A stretch of DNA of 63,540 nt, filler included, from Nemertoderma westbladi (taxonomy: Eukaryota; Animalia; Xenacoelomorpha), in the NCBI GenBank assembly GCA_032718475.1. It is 3 parts of 3 records of this genome, joined end to end, with 100 filler letters (N's around TTAATTAATTAA, not from the genome) between each part and the next. Parts side by side here need not be neighbours in the genome. Positions count along the whole stretch, not along the records: positions 1 to 30,506 come from JAUCBJ010000062.1; positions 30,607 to 56,417 come from JAUCBJ010002708.1; 1 more part is not named here. One strand, 5' to 3'. Shown here piece after piece: positions 26,327 to 37,500 of this stretch. The stretch's first letter is position 1; every line of letters starts with the position of its first letter. A program made the position numbers and the translations under genes. The notes under the pieces are model-generated. The model saw only the letters and a list, made by a program, of their open reading frames with translations. It made no database searches and had not been told where the DNA came from.

Positions 26327-27364
26327 CCCATTTCGAAACTGTATATTGTTTGGTTCAACTAATAATATATTCGTTAATTACTTTGGTGTATTTCTTATCC
26401 CACTACCTGTAATGAATATTGACTCTCACATTTTGTTGTTGTTCTTTATTAAACTTATATTATAGTTATAGGGCAATAGTAATATTAAAAATGTAGCCGA
26501 TATCAATTTAAAAAATATAATAAAAAAACAATCATATGGAGGGAGGAGGACGTTTAACTTGTTTTTATATTGAATTTTCCCCCTACTAAGTGATTGCGAC
26601 TAAATTAGCATATCAATATCGTCTTTGGTTGTGGTTTACTATACAGTACACTGAACATATTATGGCTCATAGATGTTTATATTATGGCTGTTAATTAACA
26701 TTTTTTACCTATCTACTGTAGACATACCATAACCAATTATATGCCTAGAAAGTGCCTCATAGCTGCTATCGGCAAATCTAAATAAGGTAAGGATTGAAAG
26801 GTGACAAGTGCAACCAGAATAAAGTTGTCTGTCCCAACAATTAGTACATTCCGATGTAAAGTGGGTAAAGTACTATGTCAGACCGCAGAATAGAAACACC
26901 AATATAGTAACATGCACTTATTTTATTATAGGTTTTAAAAAAAATATCGATTTAAACTGCGATCGTGGGTTTAATATCAGGTTCATCAGAAATGTTACAT
27001 CTTCAGAAGGTAATTAACAATGATAGTTAACAGTTAAGGGAAAGGACAATGAACATGTTACGTTACACAGTGGCATGTTACTATTATAACCGAAATAAAT
27101 GAATGAGAGTTAATAGAGATTTTATTTTACTCATAACCAGCTGTAAATACTGTTCAATTTTGATTGTTGCTATTCAGATATAGTCATATTTTCCAGTTCT
27201 GGGGTACAACTAACTAACTTACTTCTTTTTTTTTTACCAGCATTAACGCTTTAATAACAATTATGTTACATTGTAAATATTAGCACATAAATGGGTAAAT
27301 CCCAAGTGGCGGGAAATTCAAACCGAAATAAGTATTTCATTATTTCTTCAGTCTCAGTCTGTTG

Positions 27365-27403
27365 CAAGGTGTACTAAATAACTTTAGTATTTAGTACACC
27401 TTG
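27365..27403. mobile_element. P-element-type excision footprint (16-nt IR + 7-nt filler + 16-nt IR) between 8-bp TSDs
   Basis: GTCTGTTG|CAAGGTGTACTAAATA ACTTTAG TATTTAGTACACCTTG|GTCTGTTG. Confidence 0.75.
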
Positions 27404-28051
27404 GTCTGTTGACATGGACCTATCGAACTAACTTACTTCTAAACTTAGGCAGTTAGGACTGTTGTACGCTAGCACTACACACATGCCCTGCCCAATGTAA
27501 TTCACGACATTAATTAGGAAAGGACGTGACGTAAATGCAGCTTATCAGGCTGTCAGCGTCAGGGTGTGTAAATCGACTTAGTTGCTGGTCAACTGAGTCG
27601 CAGGGTATCCGAAACACAAACACTCACATTAGGATTAGGCCTACTGCATTGGTGATTGGTTTGCTTGCTATTAAATATTTATTAACTAACAGCCATTAAT
27701 TATACTGCTACTGTACACTGTAGTATAACTCGTAAAAAATCCCTAACACATACTGGGTAGGGCCACGTGTTTCTGTAAGCAGTAATTAACGCCTACTGCC
27801 TACACCTCTGCTCCCATGGCTGCATGGACTCAGCTAGCCGGAGTGCTGGATGTTGGTGTTGGGCTTAAGTTTAGTAGGCTGTGATCAGGTGATCTACCAA
27901 CCCACCCATCTACAGATCTATATACCTACAGACATACAATCTTTTATTGTATTTAGTTCAGTACACCAGTAGTTAGCCTATTGTTCTATTGTATCCTAGC
28001 ATAATTATTGACTTATTATACCGGTACCGGCATTCTGCTTATTTATTGGCC

Positions 28052-28906
28052 ATGCCTAGACGGAAGGTGTTGTATGAAAGTCGAGACGAACCTGATAATT
28101 ACGTTGATGAAACCTTCATGGAAGAACTTCGGAAGAACATCAACATTCGGAGATACGATTACTGGACGTTGAGTTTCGAAGCGGGTTGCGTTACGCAACA
28201 GATAAGCGCTGTCGCAGTGTTCCCAGTCGCGTTTCTCTATATGCAATCAGGAGTTCTGAGCCCAGCCGTTCTAACCTTTATAGTTATAACCAGTACTCTG
28301 GCCGGCTATTGTCTGTCCGTGTGGTTGGGCACGGTTATACGAACCAAGGACCAAGTTTGGCAACACGCCAAGTCCGCCGTTATATTCGTAACGTTTCTGT
28401 ACGCCCTATCGCCGGTACTCGCTACTCTCACCCATAGTATAAGTAGCGATACTATCTACGCAATGACTACAATAACTCTATTGATAAACCTTTTATTCCA
28501 CGATTACAACCCTTCGCATTCTCCCTCTCTCGTGGCTAGCCCCATCAGTTTAACCTCGGCTGTGTTCGCCAGTGTCTGCCTGGCATCTCGACTCCCCTCT
28601 GCCAGTCACACATTCGCCACTATCCTACTCGGTTTGCAGATATTCGCGTTGTTTCCGCAACTAAGAGAACAAATAAAATCCAGTAACTTCTTTGCCGATT
28701 GTTCCCAGACTGCGTTATTGGTTACTCTGTCTACGTTAGCCGTAGCAACTATGTCCCGACTGGCTGCCGGGTTATTAGCAGGGTTGTTATTGTTTATTTT
28801 GTTTGTCTGTCCGTGGTGGCTCATAAAACTTCAGCCACTTAAGAATAATATCCACGGCCCCTGGGATGAGGCTGTCCCTACAACTGTATCTAATAGTGCT
28901 GGCTAG
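28052..28906 (+). CDS. PIGC: GPI-GlcNAc transferase subunit C, intronless
   Basis: RKVLYE...PDNYVDETF.EEL, SPVL.TLT.SISSDTIYA, FASVCLASRL, KNNIHGPWDEA. Confidence 0.93.
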   Translation: MPRRKVLYESRDEPDNYVDETFMEELRKNINIRRYDYWTLSFEAGCVTQQISAVAVFPVAFLYMQSGVLSPAVLTFIVITSTLAGYCLSVWLGTVIRTKDQVWQHAKSAVIFVTFLYALSPVLATLTHSISSDTIYAMTTITLLINLLFHDYNPSHSPSLVASPISLTSAVFASVCLASRLPSASHTFATILLGLQIFALFPQLREQIKSSNFFADCSQTALLVTLSTLAVATMSRLAAGLLAGLLLFILFVCPWWLIKLQPLKNNIHGPWDEAVPTTVSNSAG

Positions 28907-29514
28907 GGGTCGACCACCACCTTGACCTTTACAGCTAAATTGAAGTCACTTAGCCTCCTTTTTGGTCCTGTAATGCAATATGCAATTTTATTAAACAATT
29001 TTACCTTACTTATTTTACCGGTAGTAGTAGGCCTATCAGATGAACTGGATCGGTGCAGGCAGTTACTGTTTTGGAATAAAACTACAGTGAGTGAGTACCA
29101 CAGAGTATACTCTCTCATTGCAAAGTACTAAAAAATAGTGTTGTAATATAATCCTCGTGGCTTTATTATACTCACTCAGTAATTTCCCATGTACTGTATA
29201 ATAACAATACAAGTAATACAGTAGTTTACATTTCTTTCCAGGTTAAAAAAACAAATAATTATTTAATCTATATTGTTTATTTTTTTCATTGAAAGTATAG
29301 TATTTCAATGGGGGTAATAATTGTTATAAGTGGTTCTTATTGATTTATTTAATTTGTTTTTTTAAGTTGTGAAAGTTAGTGCACTTAATAACCCAATGCA
29401 AAATGCAGGTACATATTATTATAATAATATGAATATGGTATAGCAATATTAATAATTGCCTTTTATACTGTTTCCCACCCAGTTAGTTGTTTATGGAGAG
29501 GGAATTTTAATTGA

Positions 29515-30506
29515 ATGGATCGCTTGAAATCAACGCGATACGAGAAAATAGAATACTTGGGTCAGGGGCAGTTCGCTACTGTGTTCAAAGCGAGGGACAA
29601 GGAAGATAATGATAAAATAGTAGCAGTAAAGAAAATAAAACTGGGACATCGGAATGAGGCCAGAGATGGAATCAATAGGACAGCTCTAAGGGAAATTAAA
29701 CTCCTACAAGAACTGAGGCACGAGAATGTTATAGGGTTGTTGGACGTGTTTGGACAGCGGTCCAATATTAGTCTCGTGTTCGACTTTATGCACACTGACC
29801 TTGAGGTTGTCATCAAGGACACATCCACGGTGCTCCTCTCGGCTCATATCAAAGGTTTTATGTTGCAGTCTCTTAAAGGTCTCGAGTATCTCCATAACAA
29901 CTGGTGTCTGCATCGTGACATCAAGCCAAACAATCTGCTAATTAGCGGGAGCGGTGTTGTTAAGTTGGGTGATTTCGGATTGGCCAAGTTGTACGGCAGT
30001 CCCAATAGGTTGTACACCAACCAGGTGGTGACCAGATGGTACCGTAGTCCCGAGTTACTCTACGGTTCTAGAATGTACGGAGTCGGCGTGGACACTTGGG
30101 CCATGGGATGCGTCCTCGCCGAGCTGTTGCTCCGGGTTCCCTTCCTCCCGGGAGAGTCCGACCTGGATCAGTTGGCGAAAATCTTCGAAGCGCTCGGGAC
30201 TCCGACGGAAAACGTTTGGCCGGGTATCACGAGTCTCCCGGATTATATCGGGTTTAAACCCATCGAAGGAACTCCTTTAAAGGATATCTTTACGGCTGCC
30301 GACGGCGATTCTCTCGCTCTTCTCGCCGGGTTATTTACCTTCGATCCGATCCGCCGATGGTCGACTACCCGCGCTCTCGAGTCCCGCTACTTCCACGCCG
30401 AACCCTACCCGACGCCCCCTCGCGGCCTCCCCTTGCCCACCGTAGCATCCCGACCCCCTTCTCCCATCCAGTATCCCACATTGAATCTTGGCTCCCAAAA
30501 ACGACG
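29515..30506 (+). CDS. CDK7: Cyclin-dependent kinase 7, intronless, 3' end lost in assembly gap
   Basis: [25 protein letters not shown] (CDK7 signature), [33 protein letters not shown]. Confidence 0.95.
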
Positions 30507-30606
30507 NNNNNNNNNNNNNNNNNNNNNNNNNNNNNNNNNNNNNNNNNNNNTTAATTAATTAANNNNNNNNNNNNNNNNNNNNNNNNNNNNNNNNNNNNNN
30601 NNNNNN
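30507..30606. other. Assembly gap with artificial TTAATTAATTAA linker
   Basis: 44 N + TTAATTAATTAA + 44 N, 100 nt in total. Confidence 0.97.
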
Positions 30607-31316
30607 GCCGATGTCGGGGCCTTCACACAGTGCCCCAAGTGAGAATGCTCGCAGTGCCAACACGAAGGCAGAATATCTTCATCAATGGCCTTTCTGGCTC
30701 TGATTTCATGGTTCCATGAAGATCCTGACTCAACTCTTAATATATGGTCCCTGTCAACGCGCTGAAGGAATTCAAATGAGTAGTGTGGAGCCATTTCTAA
30801 TAGCAATAAGTAGTAACCCAATATACCTGGTGCATCCTCTGGAAAGAGCACATACTTATTACGTGATAACGTTAATAGGGCTGACAACAAACCGCCGGTT
30901 GACTTTATCTTTCCAGCTGATTTATAGCTGCCATTGCCATTGTATGACCCCTTACCACCACATGTATCCTCATATGTCACCACATCTGAAAGCTCTATGA
31001 ACTTCTTTCGGGATTGGAGCTTTTTAATAATTGCTTTGGGCACCAGTCTATCAGCAGTGACGTCTTCTGGAATAATCTTAGTGGAAATATCATCGAACTT
31101 CTCCTCGTCTGTAACTTGGGAATCTAACTTTCCATTCAATGTTCCTCCACTCTGACTGGGACCCCCAGCGACTTGTTTAATAATCTCCTTGGCTATCTGA
31201 GACCAATTTATATCACTTGGTAGTTGATTTTTGTTTGTACCTTGTACATCTACCCCCACCTCTGATACTGTAGGTGATCTGTCTGGGGAGCAAATCATAC
31301 TTGGGATTAAAACCAA
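30607..31316 (-). mobile_element. Gag-like ORF, possibly of a DIRS/Ngaro tyrosine-recombinase retrotransposon
   Basis: KKL...KFIELSDVV...IKS...FPE...ILGY...MA.HY.F...VDR...W followed by CWHC..HLGHC, a knuckle-like motif; runs into the gap. Confidence 0.4.
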
Positions 31317-32319
31317 CGATTCTTCCCTTTGTGGACTAAATAATTCAATTATCCAATACAGACAGCTGTTTCGTTAGTAAGGGGGGCTTTCTGGCGAATC
31401 TCGCCAATTAGTGCTTCATTAGTGCTTCATTCTTTACATTCGTTTCTCTCATTCAGTCGTAAAGAAAAAATAGCACCATTATGTTTTATTATTATTGACC
31501 CTAAAGGTAAATTGCAATTGCTATCCATGCGTTGCAAGAAAACTTTCACTTGACAAAATCGAAAAAATCTCAGTAAAAATTTAACTTTTACAGAAAATCA
31601 ATATAACATATAAAATAACTCCGGAATTCCCGCCAAAGAAAGGCTGGATGTGTATTATTGTAATAATTTTTCCTGCCTTGGCCAAACCCATACAATATAA
31701 TATAAACAAAGACGGCAATGTTGACTGCCTCGTCTAGAATGGCCTTTGTATAGACAAAGTGGCCTTTGAATAGACAAGCACTTTCTTAATAGGTAAAGGC
31801 TTGTAAACTGTAGGCCTACCGTGCAGTAAGTATGCGTTACCCTGAACCAAATGTCTATACTGTGTGTATAGGTAGGTAGCTAAACAGGATTAATGAGTCA
31901 CCAGCAGCAGCAATATAAAGATACACAATCTCCATTGCGGAAAATCCATTTAACTGGGGTTAAATGACTATTAAGAAGTTAGTTATTGTTCTGTGGAGTT
32001 CCACTCCACAGGGGGTGCCACTTAGCTCGCTTTGCTTTCAATAAATTTGATTACATTAATTTGGGTTATGTTTTATTTGGAGATTTATTATATTATTAGC
32101 TGTATGTTTTGCAGCTCAATTCACCAACTCGAGAAATAAAATAAAATAGAGAAGTTAAGTTGGTGTTGTACGAAGGAATAGTTTGTAATTTTTGGAACCA
32201 GTTTCTGCATTGTTGGATTTATATTATTATTCAACGTCAAACATAAATTGGGCAACTTTTAGTTTGAAGAGTAATTCGACTGGGAGAATATGCAATTGAA
32301 TCAACCAATCCAATCATCC

Positions 32320-32499
32320 TGACAGAGAGACAGAAAGACGGGCAGACGGACGGACGGATGGACAGACAGAAAGTCAGACTGACAGACATAGAGACAGACA
32401 GAGAGGAAGGACGAACGGACGGACATGGATAACGGCAATTGATTTTGCCTTTTATTTAACTGTATGTTAAGGCTCTCTTACTTCGTAGCTCGCCCCACA
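32320..32499 (+). mobile_element. Helentron/HINE-like repeat end with (GACA/GACG)n microsatellite
   Basis: Microsatellite followed by GGCTCTCTTACTTCGTAGCTCGCCCCACA, a variant of the end motif at 43173, 43821 and 45269. Confidence 0.5.
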
Positions 32500-33006
32500 A
32501 ACAATATCTGTTTTATAATTTATTTCATACGATCTCAATTCTCAATGAGATTTAATAAAATACTATCGGTGAGAGTCAGGTCAGTGAAGTTAAATTAAGT
32601 AGTTAAATATAGATAACCTGACATCATGTATTTGTTGGCAGTAGCTAAGAAATGGGATCATTTTTGGCTCAGTAAACTGTTTGTGAAACTCGTGCCAAAC
32701 AAGTTCATCGTTCGCGTTCATCGATGGTAAGGTAAAATGCGTTAGTTTGAGTTTCGTACGTTATAAACTTCAAGATTATATTACAGATTATTTGTACACC
32801 ATCAGATGGGTATACTATTAAAGTTTAACGTACCTAAATTATTTGTACAAAATTATTTTACCCAATTAGAATATTATTATAAGAACAACCCGTGGCGGGG
32901 CGATTATTGTAATTTGCGCTCGACATGGCAGAGCCGATGTTATATTATACCGTGTCGTATCAGATAAACTGTAGAATATAAAGATAAATTTTGGCCAAAT
33001 AACATT

Positions 33007-34432
33007 ATGGATCTACAGGAAGACCTCAAAGACTCATCTTTCATTACGCTCTACGATAAATATTTAAGCGTAAAGAAATTCAGAACAAAATCGACTTTGA
33101 CTGAACTCGGACTAGATCTATTAATGACAATGCTTATAATAACACTGCAGCTCGCTATCTCATCTGTTGCATCCGTGACATCCGAATCAAACATATGGAT
33201 ACGTTTAGTCATTGACATATTTTGTCTCAATGTTGTACCAATTCTATTTGTAACAACTTTTGTCGACTTTGCAGTACTAAATGTCATCATTTTATGCGTC
33301 TTTATTTTCGTTCTTCTCACCATATCCGCTGTCGAGAACCGTTAAGAGAAACGAACTAATTACTCGACCCCAACTTGATCAAGATGATTTCACGAGATTT
33401 ATAGGTAAATTTAAGTTTTTAACTCTGAATTTGACCGCGGTTTGTATATTGGCAGTTGACTTTTCAGTGTTTCCTCGTCGGCTCGCCAAGACAGACAGTC
33501 ATGGCGTCTCCCTAATGGACGTCGGTCTCGGATTCTTCGTGATATCCAGCGGGTTAGTTTCACCGGAAGCTCGTCATAAACCCTCACCATCCCCGCGCAA
33601 AATGCTCGTTCAGGTGATTGTATTGGCCGCCTTGGGTTTCATCCGATTAGCAGCCATGGTGGGGTCTGGTATGAGAAGCAGCGGTGAATATGGGCGACAC
33701 TGGAACGCATATTTTACCTTAGCAACCGTTAGACTAACTTCGGAATTGTTGGTAAAAATGGTAAACAAAAAGACAGGTTTGTTTACACTCGCCTTAATAA
33801 CTACTTTTTGTCACGGACTTTCTTTATATTTGGGTCTAAGAGAATATGGTTTGGGTTATGTTGGTTATCCTTCCTTAATATGGGACAACAGAGAAGGACT
33901 TATATCTTCAATGGGTTACGTTTGCATATATTTGTGGGCTGCCTACATAGGATATTGTATCTTTTCCATAGCACAACCGTTTGAGATTCTATATTATCCC
34001 GCATCTCCAATCAAACTTTTAGCACGATTAGCAAGCCTTACAGTTGCAATGGGTTTATGTTATTACATATCCATAACGTACATCGACTCTGTTTCACGAA
34101 AGCTTGCGAATATTTCATTTATTATACATTTAACGTTTTGTACTTTATGTTTATTTCTGACGTCGATATTGTTGGATTACCTGGTAAAGTCCACCGTTAA
34201 TCTCAGATCCAACAGTATACTCATAGATATAGTAAATGCGAACGCATTATTATTTTTTGTGGTATCCAATCTGTGTACAGGTTTAGTAAATAAGATATGC
34301 GATATTACTGTCGGAAGCTGTAAAAATGTTAACCCTACAACAGCTGTGATTGCTTTGTGTTTGTATATGATAATGGTAAATTCAGTAAGTTTTGCTTTGT
34401 ATTATAGGAAAATATCTACAAAGTTTTGGTAG
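33007..34432 (+). CDS. PIGW: GPI inositol acyltransferase, split by a +1 frame break near 33340 (micro-intron, sequence error or pseudogene)
   Basis: TAVCILAVDFSVFPRRLAKT..HGVSLMDVGLG.F, EYGRHWNAYFTLA, NREGL.S..GY, SRKLAN, N.NALLFF..SNLCTGLVN; the N-terminal TM part lies in ORF 33007-33345. Confidence 0.85.
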
Positions 34433-34585
34433 CAACTTACTGTTTTATTCGGATAGTAATATTTACTGACGGTTGTCACCAGTTATTACTGGCTATTAAC
34501 AGTTATCCTATTTATTTTAGGATTCCTATTAGTTTATTATTAGATTATTAGCTTTTAGTTATCCTATTAATTAATTTATTTTATT

Positions 34586-37500
34586 TATCCTTTTTGCACA
34601 GGCTATCCAACAGTTATCCCATTTTTGCACAGGCTATCCAACAGTTATCAAATTGTTGCACAGGCTATCCAACAGTTATCCTATTTTTGCACAGGCTATC
34701 CAACAGTTATCAAATTGTTGCACAGGCTATCCAACAGTTATCTAATTGTTGCACAGGCTATCCAACAGTTATCCTATTTTTGCACAGGCTATCCAACAGT
34801 TATCAAATTGTTGCACAGGCTATCCAACAGTTATCTAATTGTTGCACAGGTTATCCAACAGTTATCCTTTTTTGCACTGGCTATCCAACAGTTATCAAAT
34901 TGTTGCATAGGCTATCCAAAAGTTATCAAATTGTTGCACAGGCTATCCAACTGTTTTCTAATTGTTGCACAGGCTATCCAACAGTTATCCTATTTTTGCA
35001 CAGGCTATCCAACAGTAATCAAATTGTTGCACAGGCTACCCAACAGTTAACTAATTGTTGCACAGGGTATCCAAAGTTATCTAATTGTTGCACAGGTTAT
35101 CCAACAGTTATCTAATTGTTGCATAGGCTATCCAAAAGTTATCAAATTGTTGCACAGGCTGTCCAACATTTATCTATTTGTTGCACAGGCTATCCAACAG
35201 TTATGCTATTTTTGCACAGGCTATCCAACAGTAATCAAATTGTTGCACAGGCTACCCAACAGTTATCTAATTGTTGCACAGGCTATCCAACAGTTATCTA
35301 ATTGTTGCACAGGTTATCCAGCAGTTATCTAATTGTTGCACAGGGTATCCAAAGTTATCTAATTGTTGCACAGGCTATCCAAAGTTATCTAATTGTTGCA
35401 CAGGTTATCCAGCAGTTATCTAATTGTTGCACAGGCTACCCAACAGTTATCCTATTTTTGCACAGGCTATCCAACTGTTTTCTAATTGTTGCACAGGCTA
35501 TCCAACAGTTATCCTATTTTTGCACAGGCTATCCAACAGTAATCAAATTGTTGCACAGGCTACCCAACAGTTATCTAATTGTTGCACAGGCTATCCAAAG
35601 TTATCTAATTGTTGCACAGGTTATCCAACAGTTATCTAATTGTTGCACAGGCTATCCAACAGTTATCCTATTTTTGCACAGGCTATCCAACTGTTTTCTA
35701 ATTGTTGCACAGGCTATCCAACAGTTATGCTATTTTTGCACAGGCTATCCAACAGTAATCAAATTGTTGCACAGGCTACCCAACAGTTATCTAATTGTTG
35801 CACAGGCTATCCAACAGTTATCTAATTGTTGCACAGGCTATCCAACAGTTATCCTATTTTGCACAGGCTATCCAACTGTTATCCTATTTTGCACAGGCTA
35901 TCCAACTGTTATCCTATCTTTGCACAGGTTATCCAACAGTTATCCTATTTTGCACAGGTTATCCAACTGTTATCCTATTTTTACACAGGTTATCCAACAG
36001 TTATCTAATTGTTGCACAGGCTATCCAACAGTTATCAAATTGTTGCATAGGCTATTCAACAGTTATCTAATTGTTGCATAGGCTATCCAACAGTTATCCT
36101 ATTTTTGCACAGGCTATCCAACAGTTATCTAATTGTTGCACATGCTATCCAACAGTTATCTAATTGTTGCACAGGCTATCCAACAGTTATCTAATTGTTG
36201 CACAGGTTATCCAACAGTTATCTAATTGTTGCACAGGCTATCCAACTGTTATCCTATTTTGCACAGGCTATCCAACTGTTATCATATCTTTGCACAGGTT
36301 ATCCAACAGTTATCCTATTTTTGCACAGGCTATCCAACAGTTATCCTATTTTTGCACAGGCTATCCAACAGTTATCTAATTGTTGCACAGGTTATCCAAC
36401 AGTAATCAAATTGTTGCACATGCTATCCAACAGTTATCTAATTGTTGCACAGGCTATCCAACAGTTATCTAATTGTTGCACAGGTTATCCAACAGTTATC
36501 TAATTCTTGCACAGGCTATCCAACTGTTATCCTATTTTGCACAGGCTATCCAACTGTTATCATATCTTTGCACAGGTTATCCAACAGTTATCCTATTTTT
36601 GCACAGGCTATCCAACAGTTATCCTATTTTTGCACAGGCTATCCAACAGTAATCCTATTTTTGCATAGGTTATCCAACAGTTATCTAATTGTTGCACAGG
36701 TTATCCAACAGTTATCTAATTTTGCACAGGTTATCCAACAGTTATCTAATTGTTGCACAGGTTATCCAACAGTTATCTAATTGTTGCGCAGGCTATCCAA
36801 CTGTTATCCTATTTTGCACAGGCTATCCAACTGTTATCATATCTTTGCACAGGTTATCCAACAGTTATCCTATTTTTGCACAGGCTATCCAACAGTTATC
36901 CTATTTTTGCACAGGCTATCCAACAGTAATCCTATTTTTGCATAGGTTATCCAACAGTTATCTAATTCTTGCACAGGCTATCCAACTGTTATCCTATTTT
37001 GCACAGGCTATCCAACTGTTATCATATCTTTGCACAGGTTATCCAACAGTTATCCTATTTTTGCACAGGCTATCCAACAGTTATCCTATTTTTGCACAGG
37101 CTATCCAACAGTAATCCTATTTTTGCATAGGTTATCCAACAGTTATCTAATTGTTGCACAGGTTATCCAACAGTTATCTAATTGTTGCACAGGTTATCCA
37201 ACAGTTATCCTATTTTTGCACAGGCTATCCAACAGTTATCCTATTTTTGCACAGGCTAAGTCACAATTTTCCATTGGGAAGTGGAAAAATCACTTCAGCA
37301 ACTTGCTTGGGCAGCCACCAAACATCGAGGTCAGCCCTACAAGGAAAATATATGACAAGACACTACCTATAGAAACAGGGGACTTCACACCTGCCGAACT
37401 CCAAAGAAGCATTAAAAGCATGTCCAATAATAAAGCGAGTGGATTAGATGAAATCCCAGCGGAGGTATGGAAAACCGGAGTGCTAAATAGACCATTATTG

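Noticed and set aside
30551-30562. TTAATTAATTAA between N runs (also 56462-56473)
   Set aside because: Artificial stop-codon scaffold linker, identical in both gaps.
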